The notes: a model not told the origin generated them from the sequence alone. 64,000 nt of DNA from an uncultured delta proteobacterium (GCA_963811325.1 CAWEQT010000001.1:1301859-1365858); one strand, 5' to 3'. Shown: positions 20,649 through 31,368, counted from the stretch's first letter. Program-made: numbers and translations.

Positions 20649-21299
20649 ATGAAGAAAAGCCTGATTGCTTTTTTATCGGTAGTCTATGTATTTTGTTTTT
20701 TTATCTATGCACCGGATGTTGCAGCTGAAAGTCCTGCGGAAAAAATACAAAAAAGTGAGGCATCGACTAATAAACAGGCTAACGACGACAAAAAAGTTGC
20801 CGGCGCTGTTAATGTCGATATTGATAAATATGTGATCGGTCCTGAAGATGTGCTCGATATTTTTGTCTGGAAGGAAGAATCCCTTACCAAAACTGTTCCT
20901 GTGCGCATTGACGGTAAGATATCCCTTCCTCTGCTGGATGATATTCAGGCTTCCGGCCGAACCCCTCTGCAACTGAAAGAAGAAATAACCAAAAAACTGC
21001 GTGGATTCGTGGATAACCCTACAGTAACGGTAACAGTGAAAGAGGCCAACAGTTATAGAGTCTTTATTTCCGGTGAAGTTAAACAACCCGGAATTGTCCA
21101 TATCCGCAGTGAAGTTACCTTGGTTAACCTGATCATCATGGCTGGCGGTTTTACAGAATGGGCAAACAAAAGAAAAATTCTAATCATAACAAAGGAAAAC
21201 GGCAAAGAAAAAAGGATTACTGCTAATTATAATAAAATCATTGATGGAGACGTACCGGATATCGTAATCAAGCCCGGAGATACTGTAATTATTCGTTAA
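20649..21299 (+). CDS. Polysaccharide export protein (Wza/SLBB family)
   Basis: YVIGPEDVLDIFVW, VRIDGKISLPLLDDIQASGRT, AGGFTEWA, IKPGDTVII. Confidence 0.9.
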   Translation: MKKSLIAFLSVVYVFCFFIYAPDVAAESPAEKIQKSEASTNKQANDDKKVAGAVNVDIDKYVIGPEDVLDIFVWKEESLTKTVPVRIDGKISLPLLDDIQASGRTPLQLKEEITKKLRGFVDNPTVTVTVKEANSYRVFISGEVKQPGIVHIRSEVTLVNLIIMAGGFTEWANKRKILIITKENGKEKRITANYNKIIDGDVPDIVIKPGDTVIIR

Positions 21300-21384
21300 C
21301 TCGATTCCCAGCTTGAAGTTTCTTAAAGATTAGAAACCCTGTTGTGAATTACTTAACATAGGCATTCATGAAAGACTTCATATT

Positions 21385-22671
21385 ATGACTCTTCACCGCA
21401 CTATACTGGCTATCATTATGTTTTTATGCATTCTAACAGCTCCTTATGTTTACGCAGCCGATATTCTCAGCCAAATTCATCCCTATATCAGTGTAAGTGG
21501 AGAATATGACGACAATATTAATCTGACAGCGAATAACAAAATAGATGACTTTATTACAACGATTCTGCCTGGAATTAAATTTTCCAATATGGATGCGGAT
21601 GCCAAATCAGGCATTGATTTGAATGTATCTGCCGGTGCTGTTTTTTATGATAAAAATCCCGATTTAAATTACTTCTGCGGCAGTGGACTTTTGAATGCCA
21701 AGTACATGACTTCTGAACATGTTAATTTCTATCTTCAAGAATCTTACTTACGGTCAGACAGTTCCCGTGAGCCGGAATCTTTTACGTCAGCTGCAGACAA
21801 TGAATATTACCTGTCAACGCTTTCACAGAGGTCCGTGTACTCACGAAATGTCGTTGCCCCAACTGTCGAATATCAGTTTGACAAAGAAAGCAGCATGGGT
21901 GTGAATTACCGAAACGATATCTATCAAACATCAGCTTCGGTCTCAGAAAATAGTATTGAGAATTATATCAATCCTTTCATAACCTATTGGTTCGATGAGC
22001 GAAACGGGATGCATCTTGACTACGCTTATACTAACGGTGATTTTGAAGCATCGCCTGATCTTAACGGCCAAAAAGTAACTGCTCGTTATATGAATCGTTT
22101 AAATCAGAATGCGACTGCTTTTGTGGAAGGTGCTTATACAAACGAATCTTTTGCCCTATCATCAGGGGACTATAACATTTATGAGCCCTCATTGGGACTG
22201 TCGTACGTCTTTACGCCCTCTTTAAAAGCGTCCGCCCAGATTGGTTACTATTGGATGGAATATTTGAACCAAGATCCCAAGTACAATGGATTAACTTTTA
22301 AAGCAGATTTAACAAATACAGATGCCCTGGCCCTGACAACGTATGCACTTCATATCCAGGGTGGTTACATTGAGGATTATTTTACTTCTCAAAATCTTGG
22401 TTTCCAGAAATATTACAGAGCCACCGGTTCAATAAATCACTATTTAGAAAAGAGATTTTCTGTGGGTTGTTCAGGCAGTGTCGAGAGAGTTGAGTATGTA
22501 GGTCAGGAACGTGTTGACACAATATGGGGTGTTGGCGCCTCTGCCTCATATCAACTGCTGAAATGGCTTACTCTATCATTGGAATTATCACATAATGCCG
22601 ACGAATCAAACAGCTCAATAGATGAGTACATCGATAACAGAGGAATATTAAGATTAACCGCAACTTATTAA
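21385..22671 (+). CDS. Outer-membrane beta-barrel protein of the EPS export system
   Basis: Signal peptide, alternating beta-strand pattern, C-terminal LRLTATY; lies between wza and wzc-like genes. Confidence 0.75.
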   Translation: MTLHRTILAIIMFLCILTAPYVYAADILSQIHPYISVSGEYDDNINLTANNKIDDFITTILPGIKFSNMDADAKSGIDLNVSAGAVFYDKNPDLNYFCGSGLLNAKYMTSEHVNFYLQESYLRSDSSREPESFTSAADNEYYLSTLSQRSVYSRNVVAPTVEYQFDKESSMGVNYRNDIYQTSASVSENSIENYINPFITYWFDERNGMHLDYAYTNGDFEASPDLNGQKVTARYMNRLNQNATAFVEGAYTNESFALSSGDYNIYEPSLGLSYVFTPSLKASAQIGYYWMEYLNQDPKYNGLTFKADLTNTDALALTTYALHIQGGYIEDYFTSQNLGFQKYYRATGSINHYLEKRFSVGCSGSVERVEYVGQERVDTIWGVGASASYQLLKWLTLSLELSHNADESNSSIDEYIDNRGILRLTATY

Positions 22672-22798
22672 AGTGAATCAACAACTTGGTCTTCCATTAT
22701 TCGGGTTGATCGCTTAATAGATATTTTATTTTACAGAACTAATTAAAACTGAATAGCTGAACCGGCATCACGAAAAATTATAAGGAGTAGAGAGATTT

Positions 22799-24286
22799 AT
22801 GATTAACCCGGCAAAAGACTTTACACTTGATGAATATCTAGAAATCCTGCGACGCAGGATGTGGTACATCATTATTCCCTTTGTACTCGTTATGGCCGGA
22901 GCATCAATTTATGCAATAATTGCTCCCCGGGAATATAAGGCATCAACACTGGTGCTGGTATCTCCGCAAAGCGTTTCTGAAGATTTCGTACATGCTACAG
23001 TTACTTCCAAAGTTGAGGAACGGCTACAGTCGATAGCGCAGGAAGTAATGAGCCGTACCCGCCTGGAAACAATAATCACCGAATTCAGATTATATGAAAA
23101 GGAGCGTAAAGACCTTTCGAAAGAAGAAGTAGTTGAACTAATGCGCAAGAATATAAAAGTAGAATTGCCGACCAAGAAAGATGAAAAAGGTTCTTTCGCC
23201 ATCAGTTTTATCAGCAATGATCCCAATACTGCGATGGCAGTCGCCAACAGGTTGTCTTCTTTATTTATTGAAGAAAACCTTAAAATCAGAGAAAACCAGG
23301 CATCCGGTACGACTGAATTCCTGACTAACGAGTTGGCTGCGGCAAAAGCAAAGCTAGATCAGATGGAAACAAGCGTTACCCGATATAAAAGACGTTTCAT
23401 GGGTGGGCTTCCCGAACAGAGAGATACCAATTTAAAGATTCTTGATCAAATGCAGAGTCAAAATCAGCGGATCAGTGAAAGCCTTAGGGCAGCTCAGGAC
23501 CGCAAGCTCTTTATCCAAAAACAACTGTCTGATATGGAAATGCCCGTAAGTATGCCGGTTGCAGCGGGGAGTGGAAAAGATAGTCAGTCCTCGATGAAAC
23601 CCTCTTTAACCCCAAAAGATGCAAGCTCTGCCGTAACAGCCGATGCAGGCGGAACCTATGAAACCAAGAAGGACAACCTAAAAAGAGAACTCGAGGATCT
23701 GCGGTCAAAATATACAGAAAATCATCCCGATGTCATCGCCATGAAGAAAAAACTGGCTGACCTGGAAAAAAATAAAGATACTTACTATAATGATATAAAA
23801 AAAGATCCCCGCTTCAGAGAATTAAAAAATGAACTGACGGCAACATCATTAGAAATAAAACGTTTGCAGGATGAAAGTGCTTCCATTGAGGCTCAGATCA
23901 ATAAATATTTGGGTAGAATTGAACAAACTCCCGCACGCGAACAGGATATGGCTTCCCTGTTAAGAGAGTATGAGAGCACCAAAAAAGATTATGAAACTTT
24001 GTTAAATAAAAACGAGGAAGCCCAGCAGGCTGAGAATCTTGAAATACGACAAAAAGGAGAGCAGTTCAGGGTAATTGATCCGGCAAGAGTTCCTGAGGAG
24101 CCCTTCTCTCCCGATGTTCCAAAAATTTTACTCATCAGCCTGTTTGCCGGACTGGCTGGTGGTTTGGCTCTGGCTTTTATACGCGAACAAATGGATAGAT
24201 CATTTCACGATGCAGCTGATGTGGAAATTTCACTCGGAATCAAAGTTCTTGCAACGATACCTAAAATTGAAGCAAAAGCATCTTAA
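22799..24286 (+). CDS. Polysaccharide chain-length determinant (GumC/Wzc N-part)
   Basis: Two TM segments flanking coiled coil; YTENHPDVI, FRVIDPARVP. Confidence 0.9.
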   Translation: MINPAKDFTLDEYLEILRRRMWYIIIPFVLVMAGASIYAIIAPREYKASTLVLVSPQSVSEDFVHATVTSKVEERLQSIAQEVMSRTRLETIITEFRLYEKERKDLSKEEVVELMRKNIKVELPTKKDEKGSFAISFISNDPNTAMAVANRLSSLFIEENLKIRENQASGTTEFLTNELAAAKAKLDQMETSVTRYKRRFMGGLPEQRDTNLKILDQMQSQNQRISESLRAAQDRKLFIQKQLSDMEMPVSMPVAAGSGKDSQSSMKPSLTPKDASSAVTADAGGTYETKKDNLKRELEDLRSKYTENHPDVIAMKKKLADLEKNKDTYYNDIKKDPRFRELKNELTATSLEIKRLQDESASIEAQINKYLGRIEQTPAREQDMASLLREYESTKKDYETLLNKNEEAQQAENLEIRQKGEQFRVIDPARVPEEPFSPDVPKILLISLFAGLAGGLALAFIREQMDRSFHDAADVEISLGIKVLATIPKIEAKAS

Positions 24287-24288
24287 TT

Positions 24289-25245
24289 ATGTATAAGAAA
24301 TTCTATGGTTTTAAAGAGAGACCATTTGAAATAGCGCCGGATCCTGCATTCGTATATCTGAGCGAAGTCCATAAGGAGGCCTTGGCCCACCTTCAATATG
24401 CCATTCAGGAGGGCAAGGGATTCAGCGTTATAACAGGTGAAGCCGGTACCGGAAAAACTACGCTTGTACGCAAACTGCTCAGCAATATTGATGGCACCCG
24501 TATACGAACCTGTTATATTTTTAACCCGATAATGGATAGTACAGATTTTCTCAACTATATATGTAATGATTTGGGCATTGAATCGGACGGCATCAAATCA
24601 CGGGGCCAGAGCCTTATCGCGCTTCACAATTATCTGCTTCAATGTTTCACTAAAAATGAAAAGGTATTTTTGATTATTGATGAAGCTCAGAGCCTGGAAG
24701 CGAGTTTACTACAGGAGGTCCGCCTGTTGACTAATCTGGAGACCGCTAAATATAAACTGTTGCATGTTATCCTTCTGGGACAGCCGGAATTAAACAAAAC
24801 TCTTTCAGAGCCTCAATTTCGGCCTCTCAAGCAGCGCATAACCATCCGTTATCATCTGCGCCCCCTGACACTGAAAGAATCAAAAGAGTATATCACTTAC
24901 AGATTAAAACGCGCGGGGTCAAGAAACCTGGCCATATTTGATAACAGCGCAATAAAGGAGATTTTCCGTTACTCGAAAGGCATTCCACGACTGATAAATA
25001 TTCTAGGCGATAACGCATTACTTACGGGATTTTCACGGGATAAAAACCGTATTGGGAAGAATATCATTCAAAGTGTTATCAGAGATATCGATATCAAAGA
25101 AAAATTTTCATGGAGTCAGAAGAGTAAGTCATTTCTGCAGGCTTTTATTATTTTGCTTCTTTTAGTCTGCGTTTCTTTTGGCCTACTGTATTTGTTTTTA
25201 CCGGACTTATTTCATAATATATTGGGGATGCTAAGCTATGGGTAA
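24289..25245 (+). CDS. ExeA-like AAA ATPase associated with XrtA/PEP-CTERM loci
   Basis: FYGFKERPF, GEAGTGKTT, IIDEAQ, LLGQPEL, GIPRLINILGDNALL. Confidence 0.9.
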   Translation: MYKKFYGFKERPFEIAPDPAFVYLSEVHKEALAHLQYAIQEGKGFSVITGEAGTGKTTLVRKLLSNIDGTRIRTCYIFNPIMDSTDFLNYICNDLGIESDGIKSRGQSLIALHNYLLQCFTKNEKVFLIIDEAQSLEASLLQEVRLLTNLETAKYKLLHVILLGQPELNKTLSEPQFRPLKQRITIRYHLRPLTLKESKEYITYRLKRAGSRNLAIFDNSAIKEIFRYSKGIPRLINILGDNALLTGFSRDKNRIGKNIIQSVIRDIDIKEKFSWSQKSKSFLQAFIILLLLVCVSFGLLYLFLPDLFHNILGMLSYG

Positions 25246-26083
25246 AATGTTTGATGCACTGCAAAAAGTGCAGCGGGAAAAATATGTGGGAACTGAAGAT
25301 GAAGTTCAAATATCTATTCCGGATGATCTTGTTATGAATGATAAAGTGGTATCTTATTTTGCTCCTTCATCCATGGTAACAGAGCAATTCAGAAGGTTGA
25401 GGACTCTTATTATTAAGCCCGGAGCGGTAAACACACCCAAACTCATTATGGTCGCCAGTTCGGTGTCCGGAGAAGGCAAAAGTCTCGTAGCAGTTAATTT
25501 AGCCAGTATTATCGCTTCTGAACTGCATAGCCACGCACTTTTGATCGATTGCGATCTTAGAAATCCTTCCCTCACTCGTTGGTTCGGTCTCCAGGAAAAA
25601 AAGGGGCTTTCCGACTATTTAACGGGAGGAGCTGAAGTGCAGGATCTTTTTATCAAGACCTCTATCGACAAACTGAGCATTCTTTGCGGCGGCAGCGTTC
25701 AGGAAAACCCGGTGGAGCTAATCGGTTCTAATAAAATGAAAACTCTGATTCAGGATTTAAAAGCGAGATATAAGGATAGATATATTATAATCGATTCCTC
25801 ACCGATTTTAGCTACAACCGAGCCCAGTGTTTTAAACGAAATAGTCGACGGGATTATCCTGGTTATCAAATCGGGTGACACACCCCGGGAAACCATTCAA
25901 CAGGCTGTGAAGTTGTTGAATAAAAATAAGATACTTGGCGTTGTATTAAACAATATGCAATTTAAAACAAAAGCATTGTTCCAAAGATATTTTGGCACTA
26001 ATCATCAATACTACGATTACCGTTATGCCAAAACGCATCCCGAACCGGGATTTTGGAGAAAAATATGGTCATCAAAAAAATGA
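25238..26083 (+). CDS. Tyrosine autokinase (CpsD/CapB, Wzc C-part)
   Basis: SSVSGEGKS, LLIDCDLRNP, IIIDSSP, C-terminal Tyr cluster HQYYDYRY. Confidence 0.92.
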   Translation: MGKMFDALQKVQREKYVGTEDEVQISIPDDLVMNDKVVSYFAPSSMVTEQFRRLRTLIIKPGAVNTPKLIMVASSVSGEGKSLVAVNLASIIASELHSHALLIDCDLRNPSLTRWFGLQEKKGLSDYLTGGAEVQDLFIKTSIDKLSILCGGSVQENPVELIGSNKMKTLIQDLKARYKDRYIIIDSSPILATTEPSVLNEIVDGIILVIKSGDTPRETIQQAVKLLNKNKILGVVLNNMQFKTKALFQRYFGTNHQYYDYRYAKTHPEPGFWRKIWSSKK

Positions 26084-26088
26084 TCTTT

Positions 26089-26154
26089 TTTTAGCTACAA
26101 CCGAGCCCAGTGTTTTAAACGAAATAGTCGACGGGATTATACGGGTTGTCAAAT
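26089..26154 (+). repeat. Direct copy of an internal segment of the kinase gene
   Basis: 26089-26140 is identical over 52 nt to 25806-25857, then 11/14 further matches. Confidence 0.9.
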
Positions 26155-26205
26155 ATTCAAAAATGTGTCTTATGAATAGCTTTATAGGGAGATAATTTTA
26201 TTTGG

Positions 26206-26234
26206 TTGACATCGGTCAAACATTGTTATACAAT
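26206..26234 (+). promoter_or_regulatory. sigma70 promoter of the EPS biosynthesis operon
   Basis: TTGACA-N17-TACAAT. Confidence 0.75.
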
Positions 26235-26343
26235 GTCACTATAAAATTATATTTGTTTGGATTGAGTTACATATAGTAAAATTTATCAATTATTAAAGCT
26301 AGAAAAAATAAAAAATTCTTTCTATCATGTGGGATAAATTTTT

Positions 26344-27504
26344 ATGAATCTGTCAAAATTAATAACAGAAAAGCACGCATCCTCTCATTCGAAAAATTTA
26401 TTGACATTCATGGATCCTGTTATTGAAGATGATCCCTCTTTTTTAAATCAGTCCCATTTCCGTCATATATTGCGTGTGGAACGTATGCGAACGGAACGAT
26501 CAAAGAAACCCTTTCTGCTTTTACTGCTTGATATTTCACATTTGATTGAAACCACGAAAGACATAAACGCAGTTGATAAAATCAAAGCATCCTTAAATCC
26601 ATCATTAAGAGAAGTCGATATCAGGGGGTGGTATCACAATAATAAAACCATCGGAGTGCTGTTTACCGAAATAAAATCTATTGATGAAATTTTTATTGAT
26701 ACAATAATTCATAAAATTTTTGATCGCTTTCGTGAGCGACTGAATCCCAACTGGATTAAGAAAATAAATATATCTTATCATATTTTTCCGGAAACAAATC
26801 ACGGATCGTTGGCAGGTGAAACTTTTAACGTAAACCTCTACCCTGATATTGTAAGACAAGATTTAAGCAAGAAATTTTCTCTTCTTATAAAAAAGATTTT
26901 TTTTGATGCAGCAGGAAGTGCAATCGCCCTTTTGCTTTTTGCACCTCTTTTTTTGATCATTGCGGCGGCCATCAAGGCTACTTCGCCCGGTCCTGTTTTT
27001 TTCCGGCAAGAGCGTGTGGGATTAAATGGCAGAACATTTCTTTTCTATAAATTCAGAACAATGAAAACAAATAATGACCCGATCAAACACAAAGAATATA
27101 TTACAAGGTTTATCAATCAGCAAGAAAAGGCGGCAATCGAACCAGGGATATTCAAATTGACTAATGATTACCGCATCACGAGGGTTGGTCACTTTCTACG
27201 CAAAACCAGTCTTGATGAACTTCCGCAATTAATAAACGTATTAAAAGGTGACATGTCTCTGGTTGGGCCGCGTCCGCCTATTTCATACGAATGTGATCTC
27301 TATGATATTTGGCACCGCAGGCGTTTACTCTCAGCCAGACCGGGAATTACAGGGCTATGGCAGGTTATGGGCCGAAGCCGCACAACTTTTGATGAAATGG
27401 TCCGGCTTGACCTTAAGTATTTGCGGGAATGGAACCTACTGCTCGATCTGAAAATTCTCCTTATGACTCCCCAGGCAGTGATAAGCGGCAGCGGTGCATT
27501 TTAA
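26344..27504 (+). CDS. Priming polyprenyl glycosylphosphotransferase with degenerate GGDEF-like N-terminal domain
   Basis: C-terminal [50 protein letters not shown]; N-terminal [19 protein letters not shown]...REVDIRGWY...IGVLFTE. Confidence 0.88.
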   Translation: MNLSKLITEKHASSHSKNLLTFMDPVIEDDPSFLNQSHFRHILRVERMRTERSKKPFLLLLLDISHLIETTKDINAVDKIKASLNPSLREVDIRGWYHNNKTIGVLFTEIKSIDEIFIDTIIHKIFDRFRERLNPNWIKKINISYHIFPETNHGSLAGETFNVNLYPDIVRQDLSKKFSLLIKKIFFDAAGSAIALLLFAPLFLIIAAAIKATSPGPVFFRQERVGLNGRTFLFYKFRTMKTNNDPIKHKEYITRFINQQEKAAIEPGIFKLTNDYRITRVGHFLRKTSLDELPQLINVLKGDMSLVGPRPPISYECDLYDIWHRRRLLSARPGITGLWQVMGRSRTTFDEMVRLDLKYLREWNLLLDLKILLMTPQAVISGSGAF

Positions 27505-27578
27505 TTTCTCAACTTATGCTACAATATCGTTTTCATGGGATAGGGAAATAAATTACATTTGGAAAGGGTCTATAGTTT

Positions 27579-28583
27579 ATGTTACGCATCGGTGTGATCG
27601 GGTTTGGTTACTGGGGCCCGAATATTGTTAGAAACTTCAGTACAGCTAATGGTTCAGAGGTGACCATGATTTGCGATATGAATCAGCAAACCCTCAAAAA
27701 AGTCAAGAAAGCTTACCCCCAAATAAATGCCACTGATAATATCGATCAACTGATCAAAAATCCGGAAGTTGATGCCATTGCTATTGCCACCCCGGTTTTT
27801 ACTCACCATGAGCTGGCTAAAAAAGCACTCGAAGAAGGAAAGAGTATTTTTCTGGAAAAACCTTTTACCTATACCGTTGCCGAAGCAGAAGACCTGGTAG
27901 AACTGGCCGCAAAGAAAAATTTGAAAATAATGGTGGATCACACCTTTCTTTATACGGGAGCAGTGCGCAAGATTCGCCAGTTAATTGATGACGGCATCCT
28001 CGGTAATCTCTATTATTTCGACTCCGTCAGGGTAAATCTGGGATTATTTCAACATGACGTAAACGTTGTCTGGGATCTTGCACCCCACGATATCTCCATT
28101 ATGGATTACATCATCGGTGAGAAACCGCAGGCCGTTGTAGCAACCGGTGCCGGCCATTTTGGCCGCGGCCTGGAAGATATCGCCTATCTGACTTTTTATT
28201 ACGACCATAACATCATCGCTCATATTAACGCTAATTGGCTTTCACCGGTTAAAGTCAGGACCACACTGATCGGCGGAGAGAAAAAAATGCTGGTCTGGAA
28301 TGATCTTGAGCCGGATGAAAAAATTAAAATCTACGACAAAGGTGTTAAGGTAAAGACAAAGGAAGGACAATATAATCTGCTTGTTGACTACCGCTCGGGT
28401 GATATGTGGGCACCTAAAGTTGAGCAAACCGAAGCGCTTAAGCTAATGGCTGAAAAATTTGTTGACTATGTAAAAAATGGCGGAACCGTCATAAATGACG
28501 GCATTGCCGGTTTGAACAATGTTAAAATGCTGGAAGCAGCCAACAAATCTCTCCATAATAAAGGCAAAATTACTTACATATGA
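27579..28583 (+). CDS. Gfo/Idh/MocA oxidoreductase (WbpB/WlbA-like)
   Basis: GVIGFGYWG, IATPVFTH, FLEKP, WDLAPHD. Confidence 0.88.
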   Translation: MLRIGVIGFGYWGPNIVRNFSTANGSEVTMICDMNQQTLKKVKKAYPQINATDNIDQLIKNPEVDAIAIATPVFTHHELAKKALEEGKSIFLEKPFTYTVAEAEDLVELAAKKNLKIMVDHTFLYTGAVRKIRQLIDDGILGNLYYFDSVRVNLGLFQHDVNVVWDLAPHDISIMDYIIGEKPQAVVATGAGHFGRGLEDIAYLTFYYDHNIIAHINANWLSPVKVRTTLIGGEKKMLVWNDLEPDEKIKIYDKGVKVKTKEGQYNLLVDYRSGDMWAPKVEQTEALKLMAEKFVDYVKNGGTVINDGIAGLNNVKMLEAANKSLHNKGKITYI

Positions 28584-29056
28584 ACCATGTATGCATATCA
28601 GATGACGTGAAGCTCGGAAAAGATGTAAAACTTTCCAAGTTTATCAATCTTTATGGCTGCTGTGTTGGTGATAATACAAAAATCGGGGCTTTTGTTGAGA
28701 TTCAAAAGAACGCCTTCATTGGCAAAAACTGTAAAATATCGAGCCACACTTTCATCTGTGAAGGAGTAACCATTGAAGATAATGTTTTCATCGGACATAA
28801 TGTAGCTTTTATTAATGATTCTTTTCCACGGGCCACTGCAAAAGACGGGAAATTGCAGACGGAAGCCGATTGGAAAGTAGAGCCGACTCTTGTAAAGAAA
28901 GGAGCATCAATAGGTTCCGGCTCAACTATTCTCCCCAATATAGTCATTGGCGAGAATGCTATCATCGGCGCCGGCAGTGTGGTCACAAAAAATGTGCCGC
29001 CCGATACGATTGTCGTCGGTAATCCGGCAAAAACACTAAGAAAGGTCGACAGATAA
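28580..29056 (+). CDS. Hexapeptide-repeat N-acetyltransferase (WbpD-like)
   Basis: IGAFVEIQ, ISSHTFICEGV, IGAGSVVTKNVP...VGNPA. Confidence 0.88.
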   Translation: MNHVCISDDVKLGKDVKLSKFINLYGCCVGDNTKIGAFVEIQKNAFIGKNCKISSHTFICEGVTIEDNVFIGHNVAFINDSFPRATAKDGKLQTEADWKVEPTLVKKGASIGSGSTILPNIVIGENAIIGAGSVVTKNVPPDTIVVGNPAKTLRKVDR

Positions 29057-29059
29057 AAA

Positions 29060-30163
29060 ATGAACGTTCCATTTCTGGATTTAAAGACTCAATACAAAAG
29101 TATCAAAGATGAAATTAATACGGCAATTAACGAAGTTATGGAAAACACAGCTTTTGCCGGAGGACCTTTTGTGGCCAAATTCGAACAGGAATTTGCCAAA
29201 TTTTGTAATTGCAAGCATGCCGTGGGCGTCGGAAACGGCACGGATGCTCTGTGGCTGAGCCTGATTGCGCTAGGGGTCGGACGAGACGCAGAAGTCATTA
29301 CCGTGCCTAATACTTTTATCGCCACCGCCGAAGCAATATCGCTTGTCGGCGCAATCCCGGTCTTTGTCGACATCGATGAAAAAACAAATAATATGAATCC
29401 TTCTTTGCTGGAAGCGGCAATAACTAAAAAGACCAGAGCCATCATCCCCGTTCATTTGTTCGGACAGTCTGCGGATATGGACACCATTATGGATATTGCC
29501 AAAAAGCACGGGCTGTATGTAATTGAAGACGCCTGCCAGGCGCATGGCTCCGAATATAAAGGAAAGAAAACAGGTTCCATGGGACATACCGGCTGTTTCA
29601 GTTTTTATCCCGGTAAAAATCTGGGTGCTTATGGTGAAGGCGGTGCAGTTGTGACCAATGACGATGCGCTGGCTGCAAATATGAGAATGTTCCGTGATCA
29701 CGGCCAAGCTAAAAAGTATTATCATGGCATCATCGGCTGGAACGCCAGACTCGATGGCATCCAGGGTGCCATACTTAACGTTAAATTAAAATATCTGCCA
29801 GCCTGGAATGATTCCCGCCGGAAGCACGCCAAAGATTACACAAGAGGGCTTTCCGCAGTGAAGGAGGTTATCGTTCCGCAGGAAGCAGACTACGCCAGGC
29901 ACATCTATCATATTTACGCTATTCGAGTGAAAGACAGGGACAAGCTCATGGCTTACCTGACTGAAAAAGGAATCGCCTGCGGCATTCATTATCCCGTGCC
30001 TATTCATCTGCAGGATGCGTATAACTTCCTCAAAAAAGGCAAAGGCAGTTTCCCCGTCGCCGAAAAATGCGCGGAACAATACCTCTCTCTGCCGATGTTT
30101 GCCGAACTGTCAGACGAACAGGTCACTTATGTCGTCGAACAAATCAAAGCATATTATGCATGA
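29060..30163 (+). CDS. DegT/DnrJ/EryC1/StrS aminotransferase (WbpE-like)
   Basis: GNGTDAL, IPVHLFGQ, IEDACQAHG, SFYPGKNLGAYGEGG, NARLD. Confidence 0.93.
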   Translation: MNVPFLDLKTQYKSIKDEINTAINEVMENTAFAGGPFVAKFEQEFAKFCNCKHAVGVGNGTDALWLSLIALGVGRDAEVITVPNTFIATAEAISLVGAIPVFVDIDEKTNNMNPSLLEAAITKKTRAIIPVHLFGQSADMDTIMDIAKKHGLYVIEDACQAHGSEYKGKKTGSMGHTGCFSFYPGKNLGAYGEGGAVVTNDDALAANMRMFRDHGQAKKYYHGIIGWNARLDGIQGAILNVKLKYLPAWNDSRRKHAKDYTRGLSAVKEVIVPQEADYARHIYHIYAIRVKDRDKLMAYLTEKGIACGIHYPVPIHLQDAYNFLKKGKGSFPVAEKCAEQYLSLPMFAELSDEQVTYVVEQIKAYYA

Positions 30164-31193
30164 GCCGGAGCTCATCAATCCGTTAGAACAAGAAAACTGG
30201 AATAACCTGCTTATCTCCAAGCCGGGTTATTCCTTTTGTCATACCTCCAACTGGGCTGCCGTTCTGAGCAAATCATACAACTACAAGCCTTTCTACCTGT
30301 GTACCAGAAAAGAAAACACGTTTATCAGCCTTCTGCCGGTGATGGAAATCAATAGCGCCCTCACCGGTAGAAGAGGCGTTTGCCTGCCTTTCACTGACAT
30401 GTGTGAACCGATTGCCAAAAATGCGCAACAGTTTCAGGAATTGTTTGATCAGGCGGTCGTTATGGGTAGAAAGCGAAAATGGAAGTATATGGAAATTCGC
30501 GGAGGAGAAAAATACTTATCTGCAGAAAAGCCGTCACAATCATTTTTTGGTCATACACTGGATTTGAGTTGCGGGCAGCAGCAGCTATTTTCCAATCTGC
30601 GCAATTCCACCAGACGAAACATAAAAAAAGCGCAAAATGAAAAGGTGGAAGTCAGCATATCCAATTCACTAACCGCTGTGAAGGACTTTTACCGGCTCAA
30701 TGCCATGACCAGAAAAAAACACGGACTTCCGCCGCAGCCATACAAATTTTTTAAGCATCTATACGATCAAGTGATCGCCAGAGACATGGGTTTTGTCGCC
30801 ACCGCATCACTGCACGGTCAAGCCATCGCCGCGAATGTTTATTTAAATTTTGGAAAGGAAGTCATTTACAAATATGGATCATCGGATAAAGCATTCCAGC
30901 ATCTGAGAGCAAATAACCTGGTAATGTGGGAAGCCATCAAATGGAGTTGTGAGAGAAGATTCCAAAGCCTCTCTTTTGGCCGGACAGAACAGGGGAATGA
31001 AGGGTTAATGCAGTTCAAAGCAGGATGGGGCGTCAAACCATATCAGATTTATTATTACAGGTATGACTTACGGAAAAATGTTTTTACCTCAGATTCTTCA
31101 GATATCAATCCTTTGTTTAACAAAATATTTTCAAAACTACCCATCCCTCTTTTAAATATTCTGGGCAGAATACTTTATCGCCACATGGGATGA
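30156..31193 (+). CDS. FemAB-like GNAT family protein
   Basis: STRRNIKKA, IYKYGSS, ANNLVMWEAIKW, FGRT, GLMQFKAGWG; ATG at 30156 overlaps the upstream stop. Confidence 0.8.
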   Translation: MHEPELINPLEQENWNNLLISKPGYSFCHTSNWAAVLSKSYNYKPFYLCTRKENTFISLLPVMEINSALTGRRGVCLPFTDMCEPIAKNAQQFQELFDQAVVMGRKRKWKYMEIRGGEKYLSAEKPSQSFFGHTLDLSCGQQQLFSNLRNSTRRNIKKAQNEKVEVSISNSLTAVKDFYRLNAMTRKKHGLPPQPYKFFKHLYDQVIARDMGFVATASLHGQAIAANVYLNFGKEVIYKYGSSDKAFQHLRANNLVMWEAIKWSCERRFQSLSFGRTEQGNEGLMQFKAGWGVKPYQIYYYRYDLRKNVFTSDSSDINPLFNKIFSKLPIPLLNILGRILYRHMG

Positions 31194-31333
31194 TAAAAAG
31201 TGTTTTTGTCCTTATAATACTTGCAATTTATTAGACAATAGTCTAATAAATTCAGATTAATTGTCTATTATTGTTCCAAATTGTAAGTTATTTGCCCCCC
31301 TCGGATACCTCTATGTAACCGAGAGGGCGGAGC

Positions 31334-31368
31334 TGAATCTTGAACATTGCCCCTTTAGCCTTGAACCT
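31334..31368 (+). repeat. Phased heptamer array A
   Basis: TGAATCT TGAACAT TGCCCCT TTAGCCT TGAACCT, then degenerate units. Confidence 0.85.

Noticed and set aside
25806-26154. DGR template/variable repeat pair
   Set aside because: The mismatches are not adenine-specific (only 1 of 3 involves a template A) and no reverse transcriptase is in the window
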